From contig JAUYMS010000048.1 in NCBI GenBank assembly GCA_030698625.1, forward strand, positions 218,404 to 282,403: 64,000 nt of DNA, in the 5' to 3' direction. The notes beneath the pieces are model-generated. The model was not told the origin of the DNA. It saw nothing but the letters and a program-made list of their open reading frames with translations, and searched no databases. Below, piece after piece: positions 11,074 to 20,151 of the stretch (within the stretch, counting starts at the first letter, position 1; each line of letters starts with the position of its first letter). Origin of the DNA: Candidatus Omnitrophota bacterium. Lineage in GTDB: Bacteria; Omnitrophota; Omnitrophia; Omnitrophales; Aquincolibacteriaceae. The translations under genes and the position numbers were made by a program.

Positions 11074-11828
11074 ACAGTAGGTTTAGGGGGTTGTGTGGGC
11101 TGCGGTTTGGCGGCGGCCGGTCTCGGCGGTGCGGGGGCGGCATCCAGGTCTGGTGCCTTCGCTTTGCGTCGAATAACTATCGGCTGTCCGTAGCGCTCCT
11201 TGCGGTGATCCACTTCGCGGGGCTGCCACACTTCCGGATTAAACTTTGGAACAAGACCGCGGGGACCGAGTTCCGGTATGGGGAATTCGCGCGTCAGCCC
11301 CTTTTGATACCACTCCGTCTTTTCGATGACTTGGGAGTCAATTTTTTTTTGTAATTCCATAAGACCATACAGGAGGGCCTCCGGCCGGGGCGGGCAACCG
11401 GGCAGGTGAACATCCACGGGGATGAAACGATCGATACCCCGTAACACATTGTAGCCGTCGATAAAAGGCCCGCCCGCGATGGAACAAGCTCCCATGGTAA
11501 TGAGGTATTTGGGTTCCGCCATTTGATTATAGAGACGCACGACTTGAGGGGTCATCTTCTTGGTAACCGTGCCGGCGACGATCATGAGATCGGACTGGCG
11601 AGGAGAAGCCCTGAAGAGCTCAGCGCCGAAACGCGCGATGTCGTAACGGGCACAAGCTGTGGCAATCATCTCAATCGCACAACAGGCCAAGCCAAATTGC
11701 ATAGGCCAGATCGAGGAGCGCCTGCCCCAGTTGTACAACTCATTCATCGTTGTGACGACAATGCCCTTCTTGCTCAACTCACTTTTGAGGCCATCATCAA
11801 CAACGGTAGCGTTTTGTGTAAGTCCCAT
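11070..11828 (-). CDS. nuoB: NADH-quinone oxidoreductase subunit B (20 kDa, N2 cluster), with a ~90-aa proline-rich C-terminal extension
   Basis: The NuoB core is present, including CCAIEM and [13 protein letters not shown]. After ...ELQKKI comes an extension ending ...[28 protein letters not shown]. Confidence 0.9.
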   Translation of the reverse strand: MGLTQNATVVDDGLKSELSKKGIVVTTMNELYNWGRRSSIWPMQFGLACCAIEMIATACARYDIARFGAELFRASPRQSDLMIVAGTVTKKMTPQVVRLYNQMAEPKYLITMGACSIAGGPFIDGYNVLRGIDRFIPVDVHLPGCPPRPEALLYGLMELQKKIDSQVIEKTEWYQKGLTREFPIPELGPRGLVPKFNPEVWQPREVDHRKERYGQPIVIRRKAKAPDLDAAPAPPRPAAAKPQPTQPPKPTV

Positions 11829-11846
11829 ACCTGCCTTATTAATGAA

Positions 11847-12218
11847 TTATTCCCACTCAAGGGCCTTTTTGCGCCATTCATAGGCCAGTCCCACCAGCAG
11901 AATAAGCAAAAAGAAGATCATGGGGACAAATCCGCTCATCCCCAGCTTTTTAAAGGAAACGGCCCACGGGTAAATGAAGACGGTCTCCACGTCGAATATG
12001 ACAAATATAAGGGCATATATATAGAACTGAATCCGAAATTGTATCCAGGAGTCACCCGGAGACTCAAGGCCGCACTCATAGGTGGCATTTTTGATTGCCG
12101 AAGGTTTTCTGGGGGCCGCGACCCGCGCCACGACTAGGGGAAGCACCGCAAAGAAAACGGCAAAAAGAAAGAAGATACCGATAAAAAGGTAATGATAAAA
12201 GTAAGAATCTACGCTCAT
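11847..12218 (-). CDS. nuoA: NADH-quinone oxidoreductase subunit A
   Basis: A 123-aa protein with three transmembrane helices and the YECG.E motif, as in NuoA/ND3. It is the first gene of the operon. Confidence 0.9.
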   Translation of the reverse strand: MSVDSYFYHYLFIGIFFLFAVFFAVLPLVVARVAAPRKPSAIKNATYECGLESPGDSWIQFRIQFYIYALIFVIFDVETVFIYPWAVSFKKLGMSGFVPMIFFLLILLVGLAYEWRKKALEWE

Positions 12219-12295
12219 AACCCACTCATTATAAAAGGATAAGCGGGAATGTCAATCCATCTCAAATGAGCACTTCGCGACTTTTCTTGGAAGGT

Positions 12296-13480
12296 TTACC
12301 GATTATGCGACACTAATGATAGTACGCCTGAATAGTGATGCAGGTGATTGACATAGTCAAGCGGGGCAAGTTCTCCGTATGTGAAGAAGCCGATGATCGG
12401 AACATCTGGAAAAAACTTCCGAATCATGGATATGTCTTGGTTGGCCTCGCCGTAGAGCGTTTGGCCGCGCGTGCAGAAGTTGAAATAAAAACCGAAATCA
12501 GGTTTGTCGGGCTCGACACGGTGTTTCAGATTGTCCAGCATGTTGGTCATGTTCTGGCGCGCGCCCTTCGGATCACGCACCGTAAAAGTAACGAAGTCAC
12601 CCTGCTCTACCGGCGCGGCGCAGGATAGCATGCCCTTTTTCGCGTTAACGCTCAGGATGTTCCGGATAAGATAGTGGGACTCGGCAAAATCGGTCTGGAA
12701 ACTCCGAGTCGGAAGACCGAGGAATACGTTTTGAAACGCCTGCTCGGGGTTTCCGGACTCGATTTTGGAAACATGTTCCAAAAAGATGTCATAAGCCGGA
12801 CGGCCATTCATTTCGTAAATTTCATTGCCCGTGGCGCGAGTTATTTGCAGAGGTTCGCCGAAGGGTTGACAGGATTGCGTGATTCCGCTCGTGACTCTCA
12901 AGTTACCGCCGAATATGGCACCCGCTATGGCATCGTAGGTGGCCTCTTTACCCATGAATTGGTATACTTTCTGATCCATTTCATGTTCCGAAGAGATGCC
13001 GCCGATCATCGGAAGGTACCCGTAGGCTTGCTCGAACCCGTCAAAGAACATATGGCTTTGAAAACTAAAAGCATCGGGTAATAGCATAAGAAACGAAGGC
13101 AGAAGGCACTCACCCCGAATCAAATCACCGATATTGCGGCCGACAGTGAGGCTGCTCTCCTGAAGATTTTTCATTAAAAATGGCGTGCACTCGATGAAGT
13201 CCGATGCCACTAGCATGATTGCTACGGCATGGTCACTTTCGAGTTCGGCTTCTTCGGTGATTACCCCATACGCGCTCGAACCGATGATGTTTTTGGCGCC
13301 AGTGACACGACTGATCGTCTGCAGCAACGTCTCATGTTTTTGGGGTTCATGACAGGTCGTGAAAACAAAAGCAATATCGGCGCTTTGAATTTTTGCTTTT
13401 GCTAAGGCCGTGTGACAAGCTTGTTCTGCAGCTTTTGAAATGGAGTTCGATTCGGAATGGGCGGTTGCCGCACGTATCAT
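12296..13480 (-). CDS. FIST-domain (FIST_N + FIST_C) putative sensory protein
   Basis: A 394-aa soluble protein. The C-terminal ...IGFFTYGELAP... resembles the conserved FIST_C motif, and the overall length and layout fit stand-alone FIST proteins. It lies 77 nt upstream of nuoA on the same strand. Confidence 0.55.
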   Translation of the reverse strand: MIRAATAHSESNSISKAAEQACHTALAKAKIQSADIAFVFTTCHEPQKHETLLQTISRVTGAKNIIGSSAYGVITEEAELESDHAVAIMLVASDFIECTPFLMKNLQESSLTVGRNIGDLIRGECLLPSFLMLLPDAFSFQSHMFFDGFEQAYGYLPMIGGISSEHEMDQKVYQFMGKEATYDAIAGAIFGGNLRVTSGITQSCQPFGEPLQITRATGNEIYEMNGRPAYDIFLEHVSKIESGNPEQAFQNVFLGLPTRSFQTDFAESHYLIRNILSVNAKKGMLSCAAPVEQGDFVTFTVRDPKGARQNMTNMLDNLKHRVEPDKPDFGFYFNFCTRGQTLYGEANQDISMIRKFFPDVPIIGFFTYGELAPLDYVNHLHHYSGVLSLVSHNR

Positions 13481-13545
13481 ACGAGCGAATTATATAGTGC
13501 GTAGTGAAGCGAGTCTACAAACTATACAATGAATAGCAATTTTTC

Positions 13546-13574
13546 TTGACCGACTTCGAACCCGCTCTTATGCT
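13546..13574 (+). promoter_or_regulatory. candidate sigma70-type promoter: TTGACC, 17-bp spacer, TATGCT; it would give a leaderless or very short-leader mRNA for the rsmF-like gene
   Basis: -35 element TTGACC at 13546-13551. The 17-nt spacer is followed by -10 element TATGCT at 13569-13574. The ATG lies at 13581, only 7 nt after the -10 element. Confidence 0.35.
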
Positions 13575-13580
13575 CCCTTC

Positions 13581-14555
13581 ATGAACTCAATTCAGAAAGA
13601 TTTGCCCCCGGAATTTCTTGAACGACTCCGCCGGATCGTCCCAGAAAGTCGTTGGGGTGACGTGCTTCGCAGTTTTAGTGAGTCGAGGGCGACAACTTTC
13701 CGCGTAAATCCACTTAAGACGACACGTGATGAAATAAAAGAACAGCTGAAAAAACGAGACTTTGCCGTGCGTGAAGTCGCATGGTATGAAGATGCGTTCA
13801 TTTTTATGAACGGTCAGGTGCGTGACTTGCAATCCATGGAGGCTTACGCCCGAGGTGAAATCTATATCCAGGGCTTGGCCAGCATGCTTCCAGCGCTGTT
13901 CTTAAAACCGGAAGCAGGAATGGAAGTCCTGGACTTGGCTGCCGCGCCCGGAAGTAAGACGACTCAGATCGCTGCCATGATGTCGGGGCAGGGACGGCTT
14001 GTCGCTAACGACAACAATAGGAAAAGATATTACAAACTAAGGGCACTTGTGAAAGGCCAGGGAGCCGACTTTGCTACGCTTGAATGCCGGGACGGCGGGG
14101 CCTATGGGCGGCAGCCTGAAAATTGCTTTGATCGAGTGCTTTTGGACGCCCCCTGTTCGAGTGAGGCTCGATTTCGGGCAGGGGATCCGGCCACCTACCA
14201 GTATTGGAGACCCAGGAAGATCCACGAAATGGCTCATAAGCAACGACGCCTCCTGGAGGGCGCAGTTCGGGCTCTTAAGCCCGGGGGACTTTGTGTTTAT
14301 TCGACTTGTTCCTACGGGCCTGAGGAAAATGAGGCCATTTTGGATTTCGTGGTTCATAAATATAATCATAGTATAGAGTTAGAAGATCCAAGGCAGTGGC
14401 CAGACTCACCGCTCCTCTCCCTTTCAAATGCCGTCGAAGGCATGCCTCAGTGGGAGGACAAAACGTTTGACGCAAGCGTTACGCGAGCGGTTCGCATATT
14501 ACCGAATGAAGACATGGAAGGATTTTTTATTGCCTGCATCCGTAAGCTAAAATGA
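13581..14555 (+). CDS. 16S rRNA m5C methyltransferase, RsmB/RsmF (NOL1/NOP2/Sun) family
   Basis: A 324-aa protein with the SAM-binding motif DLAAAPGSKTT and the catalytic motifs DAPCSSE and YSTCS. Confidence 0.8.
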   Translation: MNSIQKDLPPEFLERLRRIVPESRWGDVLRSFSESRATTFRVNPLKTTRDEIKEQLKKRDFAVREVAWYEDAFIFMNGQVRDLQSMEAYARGEIYIQGLASMLPALFLKPEAGMEVLDLAAAPGSKTTQIAAMMSGQGRLVANDNNRKRYYKLRALVKGQGADFATLECRDGGAYGRQPENCFDRVLLDAPCSSEARFRAGDPATYQYWRPRKIHEMAHKQRRLLEGAVRALKPGGLCVYSTCSYGPEENEAILDFVVHKYNHSIELEDPRQWPDSPLLSLSNAVEGMPQWEDKTFDASVTRAVRILPNEDMEGFFIACIRKLK

Positions 14556-15007
14556 CTAAAAAGCCAAAAAAAACACCAAAAATGCCGTGGATTGAAGTGG
14601 GATGTGCAATCATTCAACATCAGGGCAAGCTTCTTATTGCACAGCGCAGGCCGAGCCCCGATTGGGGCGGGTACTGGGAATTTCCCGGGGGAAAGCGCTG
14701 GGAGAATGAGTCCATGGAAGACTGTCTCGTGCGCGAGGCGGCCGAGGAGCTGGGAGTTAGGATTACGCCCAAGTGTTTTCTGGCGAGGCGTCCTGTTATT
14801 GACCGTAACCGAAGGCTCATGCTGGAATTCTATCTGTGCGATTGGTCGGGCGGTGTGCCTGTCAGGCGAGAGTGCCTTAATTGGGAGTGGGTTCGCCCCA
14901 CGGAACTACGGCGATTCAATTTTTTGCCGGCGGACACTGAAATTATCAATCATCTGATTCAAATGCAGGGCTATTATTTCAGTCCCAGGGTACGCCCAGG
15001 GAAGTAA
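14552..15007 (+). CDS. NUDIX hydrolase (MutT-like)
   Basis: Contains a Nudix box, GGKRWENESMEDCLVREAAEELGV. It overlaps the upstream stop by 4 nt. Confidence 0.8.
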   Translation: MTKKPKKTPKMPWIEVGCAIIQHQGKLLIAQRRPSPDWGGYWEFPGGKRWENESMEDCLVREAAEELGVRITPKCFLARRPVIDRNRRLMLEFYLCDWSGGVPVRRECLNWEWVRPTELRRFNFLPADTEIINHLIQMQGYYFSPRVRPGK

Positions 15008-15080
15008 AGATTAGCCTTTTGATATACGTTATAATACAGACGGGTAGTCTCACGCGAACCGGGTTACAAGAAAGATAGCC

Positions 15081-16910
15081 GTGGCCAAGATTCCATCCAT
15101 AGTGAGTTCATTGCGAAAGGGTGTAAAGGATAAGAAAGCCATTCGCGTTTCTCTGCGCTACAAAGTTGCCGTCCCCGTCTTTATCATCGTTACACTGATG
15201 TTGTTCATGCTGTTTCAGACAACCTTCCGCTTCGCCCGCGATGTTTTACGCGAGCAGAATGAGCACCGGCTCTTGGCCATTGCGGAGGTCTTCATCGAGA
15301 CGTTGAAAGTGCCCTTGATTCTCGATAACCACCAAATCCTAGTGGCAAATCTCGACTGGATGGCGAAACGTCCCGACGTTATTGATGTGCGCGTTGAGGA
15401 TGATGAAGGGCAGGTTATTGGCAGCACGAACCCGGCGCGGCTTGAACTGCCCGAGAGCGTCAAGGATAAAGACTTCTTTGGTGTGCAGCAATTTGCAAAC
15501 GACCGCTATGCTGTTTCCGTGCCGATTAACGTGGGCGAGCGGCATTTGGGACGTTTGATGATTATCTTCGCGCAGTTAGGTTTCGAAGAGGAGTTACGCG
15601 GGATCTTTCAGGAGCGGATCCGGCTCGCCTTCGTCATGGGTATCGGTCTTGCGCTTATGACCGCAGGAGTCACGTGGCTCGCCTTAAGGCCGTTGATTAT
15701 TCTGAGGCACACAGTCAATGAAATCATGAACGGAGATATGAGTGCGCGTGCCGGAATTCACTCCTTTGACGAAATCCAAGATTTGGGCGAAGCATTCAAT
15801 GAAATGGTTTCTCGCCTGACACGCAGCTTGGATACCTTGCGCGCGAGAACCGAGGCGCTCGAAGAGTCGGAGGAGAAATACCGTCTCATTGTTGATAATG
15901 CAAGCGACATCATTTTCGCCTTAACCCCTGAGGGCGATATTGTTTTTCTCAACGAGGGATTTTCGGGATGCTCGCGGGAAGAGCTGTTGCATGAGGGCCT
16001 AAGCCTCATGCTGGACATGCACTCCCCCGACACGCGTGAAAAGTTTGAAGACGCACTCAGGGCCGTAGCCGAAAAGAAGACGTCAGTCACTAATGTGGAA
16101 ACCACGCATATTCACCGGCGCAACCGGGCCGAATTTTTTCATCTCACGAACCTGACCCCGCTTGTTGATCACGACGGCAGCGTCAAGCTGATCCAGGGTG
16201 TGATGCGTGACGTGACGGAACTCAAGCGCATCGAGCGCATGAAGGAGTCTCTGGTTCGCGACGTTGCGCACGAGCTGAAAACACCCACGGCAAAATTTGA
16301 GATGGCGGTCAGTTGGCTCGAGGCCGAAATGAAGAAGGACGAAGGTATGAAAAAATACGAGCAGCTTATCGAAATGATTAAGAACAACACCGACCGCTTG
16401 ATGCGCACCATTACGAGCATCATGGATCTGACGAAGCTGGAATCCGGCATGGCTCAAGTTGTCAACGACCCCTTGGATTTAAACGATGTCTTGGTGCAGG
16501 TGCGCCAGGATATGGTATCTCTTTGCGAGCGCAAAGGGCTCGTCTTGAAATACAACCCATGCTCGGAACCGCTGCCGATGAAGGGAGACCGCGATATGTT
16601 GTACCGCCTCCTGGTCAATCTTATCGGCAATGCCATTAAATTTACCGAAAAGGGCCAGATTATACTGTCGAGTCAGCGGGTGGAAGCGCAGGCCGTTATC
16701 GAAGTCCGTGATACGGGAATGGGTATTTCCAAGGAAGATTTGGAAACGGTTTTTGACCGTTTCGTTCAAAAAACGGCTTCATCGACGGGCATCGGAGTCG
16801 GGTTGACGATTTCGCGTGATATCGCCGCGCTTCACGAAGGCCGTATCTGGGCAGAGAGCTTGGGACCGGGAAAGGGAGCTAGCTTTAAAGTGGAGTTTCC
16901 ATTAAGCTAG
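15081..16910 (+). CDS. membrane sensor histidine kinase (two transmembrane helices, HAMP, PAS, HisKA, HATPase_c)
   Basis: Starts on GTG. The N-terminal transmembrane helix and a second helix near 190 aa are followed by a HAMP-like region, a PAS domain, the H-box VAHELKTPT, and the N/G boxes (NLIGNAIKFT, DTGMGI, GIGVGL). Confidence 0.85.
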   Translation: MAKIPSIVSSLRKGVKDKKAIRVSLRYKVAVPVFIIVTLMLFMLFQTTFRFARDVLREQNEHRLLAIAEVFIETLKVPLILDNHQILVANLDWMAKRPDVIDVRVEDDEGQVIGSTNPARLELPESVKDKDFFGVQQFANDRYAVSVPINVGERHLGRLMIIFAQLGFEEELRGIFQERIRLAFVMGIGLALMTAGVTWLALRPLIILRHTVNEIMNGDMSARAGIHSFDEIQDLGEAFNEMVSRLTRSLDTLRARTEALEESEEKYRLIVDNASDIIFALTPEGDIVFLNEGFSGCSREELLHEGLSLMLDMHSPDTREKFEDALRAVAEKKTSVTNVETTHIHRRNRAEFFHLTNLTPLVDHDGSVKLIQGVMRDVTELKRIERMKESLVRDVAHELKTPTAKFEMAVSWLEAEMKKDEGMKKYEQLIEMIKNNTDRLMRTITSIMDLTKLESGMAQVVNDPLDLNDVLVQVRQDMVSLCERKGLVLKYNPCSEPLPMKGDRDMLYRLLVNLIGNAIKFTEKGQIILSSQRVEAQAVIEVRDTGMGISKEDLETVFDRFVQKTASSTGIGVGLTISRDIAALHEGRIWAESLGPGKGASFKVEFPLS

Positions 16911-16915
16911 AAGTG

Positions 16916-17284
16916 ATGGCTGAAGGCAAAAAAATACTGATTGTAGACGATGACGAAGACCTGCAGTTGCTTTACGGACTTTTTCTGCAGGGTTTCAATT
17001 ATGTTGTTGTGAGAGCGGGCGATGGCGAGGAGGCGCTCCGCCAAATCGAGGCAGAAAAGCCTGATTTGGTTATCCTCGACATGATTATGCCTGTCATGGA
17101 CGGGGAGGAGTGCCTGACGAAACTCCGGACGGAGAAGAAAAATACGACGCCCGTCATCATCGCCAGTGTGAATGACAAGATTCCCCAGGAATTACTCGAT
17201 TTAGGCCATGTCTACACGACCCTCAAGAAGCCATTCACGATGGAAGCTCTGGTAGAAAAAATAGAGGGTGCCCTGGCGGGTTAA
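16916..17284 (+). CDS. single-domain response regulator (REC only)
   Basis: Contains ILIVDDDEDL...DLVILDMIMPVMDG...KKPF. There is no output domain. It lies 3 nt after the kinase gene. Confidence 0.85.
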   Translation: MAEGKKILIVDDDEDLQLLYGLFLQGFNYVVVRAGDGEEALRQIEAEKPDLVILDMIMPVMDGEECLTKLRTEKKNTTPVIIASVNDKIPQELLDLGHVYTTLKKPFTMEALVEKIEGALAG

Positions 17285-17295
17285 CCCACCTCTTC

Positions 17296-17727
17296 ATGAA
17301 GCCGTACGAACTTATCGATCATCCTGCCGACATCGGCCTTAAAATCCATGGCCGCAACTTGGAAGAGTTCTTCACAAATGCTGCCCACGGTTTCACGAAT
17401 CTAGTTACGGATCTTGACGCGTTAGGTCAGCGTACCGATGCGGGGCGGCAATCTCAAGAAATCAGCCTGAAGGCAGAAGACCTGAGCGCCTTGTTTTTCA
17501 CTTGGCTAAGGGAGCTGCTTTACCTGTTTTCTGCCAAGAATCTGGTTTTTTCGGAATACCGGTTTGAGCACTTGAGCCATTGCGAACTTAAAGTTCGAGC
17601 GACGGGTGAACGCTTCGATCCGGACTACCACAGCCAAAAGGTGGAGGTCAAAGCCGTGACCTATCACCAGTACTCTGTAAAGGAAACTGCTGAAGGGTGG
17701 CAGGGGCAGGTAATTTTCGACATATGA
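17296..17727 (+). CDS. archease
   Basis: A 143-aa protein whose N-terminus MKPYELIDHPADIGLKIHG..LEE.F..AA matches the archease signature (xDHTADIG). It overlaps rtcB through ATGA. Confidence 0.8.
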   Translation: MKPYELIDHPADIGLKIHGRNLEEFFTNAAHGFTNLVTDLDALGQRTDAGRQSQEISLKAEDLSALFFTWLRELLYLFSAKNLVFSEYRFEHLSHCELKVRATGERFDPDYHSQKVEVKAVTYHQYSVKETAEGWQGQVIFDI

Positions 17728-19181
17728 TGACCGCACATCCCCCGATCCGAAAGATCGACGATTACCGCTGGGAGATTCCCAAATCCTATAAGCCGGGAAT
17801 GCGTGTTCCGGGCCTGATATTCGCTACCGAAGAGATGATGAAATCGATTCGTTCTGACCAGGCCATTGAACAGGTTGCAAACGTGGCTCATCTCCCCGGG
17901 ATTGTACGATATTCGATTGCTATGCCGGACATCCATTGGGGCTACGGCTTTCCCATCGGCGGCGTTGCGGCAACCGATCCCAAAAACGGGGGCGTTATTT
18001 CCCCGGGTGGAATCGGTTTCGATATCAATTGCGGCGTAAGACTGCTTAGGACGGACCTTCGTGAAGAACAGGTCAGGCCGCGGCTCAGGGATTTGATAGG
18101 CAGTCTTTTTACCCGGGTTCCGTGTGGCGTCGGTGTGTCGGGAAAAATTCGGATTGCCGGTAAGGAGACAAGGAAGATGTTGGTCCGCGGAGCGCGTTGG
18201 GCGGTGGAGCAGGGTTATGGCGTCGCCGAAGACCTTGAGTATACGGAGGCCTCGGGCGTTCTTGAGGATGCCGACCCGGATGCCGTCTCGGAGCGTGCTT
18301 ATGAAAGGGGGCGGGATCAACTCGGAACCTTGGGGTCGGGAAATCATTTTCTGGAAGTTCAGGTCATCGACCAAATCCTGGAACCGGAAATTGCGGAAAG
18401 ACTAGAGCTTGAACTCGGGCAGATAACCATCATGATTCACTCCGGTTCAAGGGGATTCGGTTATCAGGTTTGCGATGACTATCTGCATCTCATGCGCCAG
18501 GCGCTCGGCAAATACAAGATCTCGCTGCCGGACCAGCAGCTGTCCTGTGCTCCCGTAAATTCCCCGGAAGGCAGGCGTTACCTTGGTGCGATGCGATGCG
18601 CCGCTAACTATGCCTGGAATAATCGACAATGTTTGATGTCGCTTACGAGGGATGTCTTTGAGCGGTGCTTCGGTGAGAGCTGGTCGAGTCTCGGCATGCG
18701 GCTCATCTATGATGTTGCGCACAATATCGCGAAATTCGAAAGGTATAGTGTCGACGGCGAGGAAAGGACTCTGTGTATTCATCGGAAGGGTGCGACGCGC
18801 GCCTTCGGGCCGGGCGCAGCAGAATTACCGGAAGATTACCGTGATATCGGTCAACCCGTGATTATCCCCGGAGACATGGGGCGGAACTCTTATCTTGCTG
18901 TGGGTACGGCCAAGGCCATGACTGAGACCTTCGCGTCTTCCTGTCATGGGGCGGGCAGGGCTATGTCTCGGCATGCGTCTGTTCGGCATGCCCGCGGTCG
19001 TTCCATTGAGAAAGAGCTAGAGGCCAAGGGGATTATTGTGATGGGGAAAGGTAAGAAAGGGATTGCTGAAGAGCAGCCCGCTGCCTATAAAGACGTCAAT
19101 CAAGTTGTCGATGTGGTCCATCAGGCGGGCATTATCCGCAAGGTCGTCCGCATGCGTCCGATAGGCGTTATTAAAGGGTAA
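17724..19181 (+). CDS. rtcB: RNA-splicing ligase RtcB
   Basis: The start MMTAHP... overlaps the archease stop. The protein has the motifs PDIHWGYGFPIGGV, IGFDINCGVR and SCHGAGR, and is about 485 aa long, which is typical of RtcB. Confidence 0.9.
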   Translation: MMTAHPPIRKIDDYRWEIPKSYKPGMRVPGLIFATEEMMKSIRSDQAIEQVANVAHLPGIVRYSIAMPDIHWGYGFPIGGVAATDPKNGGVISPGGIGFDINCGVRLLRTDLREEQVRPRLRDLIGSLFTRVPCGVGVSGKIRIAGKETRKMLVRGARWAVEQGYGVAEDLEYTEASGVLEDADPDAVSERAYERGRDQLGTLGSGNHFLEVQVIDQILEPEIAERLELELGQITIMIHSGSRGFGYQVCDDYLHLMRQALGKYKISLPDQQLSCAPVNSPEGRRYLGAMRCAANYAWNNRQCLMSLTRDVFERCFGESWSSLGMRLIYDVAHNIAKFERYSVDGEERTLCIHRKGATRAFGPGAAELPEDYRDIGQPVIIPGDMGRNSYLAVGTAKAMTETFASSCHGAGRAMSRHASVRHARGRSIEKELEAKGIIVMGKGKKGIAEEQPAAYKDVNQVVDVVHQAGIIRKVVRMRPIGVIKG

Positions 19182-19256
19182 AAGAAGCCCCCAGTCTGTC
19201 CTTGCTTTTCCTCCGGATTCCTTTTAGAGTACCGACGAAATTTAATGGAGGCAATT

Positions 19257-20135
19257 ATGTTCACAAATCGCACACATCAATCGATCGTTCTGTCAGGGCT
19301 CGTTTTTTTACTCGGTATATTCAGCCCCTCATGTGTCGATGCCCGTGAATATAAGATGCTTCAGATTAAGGGCTCGGACACCATGGTCAATTTGGGTCAA
19401 GCCTGGGCCGAAGAGTTTATGGTGAGCAGAAATGATGTCAGCATTGCGGTTACCGGCGGTGGATCCGGCACAGGTATTGCAGCCATCCTGTCGGGGACAT
19501 GCGACATTGCTCAGTCATCCCGCGATCTCAAAGGCGCCGAAGAGGCAAAAGCTGTAGAAAGCGGTGCCCCTATCGTGACGACCATCGTGGGGTTAGACGG
19601 CGTTGCGGTGGTTACGCATCCTTTGAATCCGATTTCGAATCTTACCATTACGCAGCTTTCCGATATTTTTACCGGCAAGGTTACGAATTGGAAAGAGGTC
19701 GGCGGTGCCGATCTTCCGATTTTGGCACTTTCACGCGAAAGAAATTCGGGGACGCATATTTTTTTCTTGGAGGAGGTTCTGAGAAAGGGAAACAGCAAGG
19801 GGCCCGAAGAATTTTCCTCGTCAGCATTGATGATGCCGTCGAATCAGGCTATTGTTCAGGAAGTCAAAACGAGTGAGGCCGGGATCGGTTATGTGGGTAT
19901 CGGTTATCTTTCCGACGAGCTCAAGGTGATTCCGGTCGGACATGACAGCCAAGGGCCTTTCATAGTACCTACCGTGCAATCCGTTGCAGACGGGCAGTAT
20001 CCGATTTCACGATCTCTCTTGTTTCTTACTCGCGGTGAACCTCAGGGAGATGTTAGGGCATTTATTAACTTCGTCCTGAGTGCCGAGGGTCAGGAGATCG
20101 TCGAAATTCTGGATTTTGTTCCGATTAATCACTAA
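19257..20135 (+). CDS. pstS: phosphate ABC transporter substrate-binding protein
   Basis: A GGAGG ribosome-binding site lies 5 nt before the ATG at 19257. The protein has a signal peptide and the PstS-family motifs IAVTGGGSGTG..., SSRDLK and LSRERNSGT. Confidence 0.85.
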   Translation: MFTNRTHQSIVLSGLVFLLGIFSPSCVDAREYKMLQIKGSDTMVNLGQAWAEEFMVSRNDVSIAVTGGGSGTGIAAILSGTCDIAQSSRDLKGAEEAKAVESGAPIVTTIVGLDGVAVVTHPLNPISNLTITQLSDIFTGKVTNWKEVGGADLPILALSRERNSGTHIFFLEEVLRKGNSKGPEEFSSSALMMPSNQAIVQEVKTSEAGIGYVGIGYLSDELKVIPVGHDSQGPFIVPTVQSVADGQYPISRSLLFLTRGEPQGDVRAFINFVLSAEGQEIVEILDFVPINH

Positions 20136-20151
20136 TCGGACTTCTTACTAC

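Noticed and set aside
15020-15040. TATAAT hexamer upstream of the 15081 kinase as a promoter
   Set aside because: No acceptable -35 element lies at a 16-18 bp spacing (the TTGATA is only 8 bp away). Retained only as a possibility, not reported as a feature.
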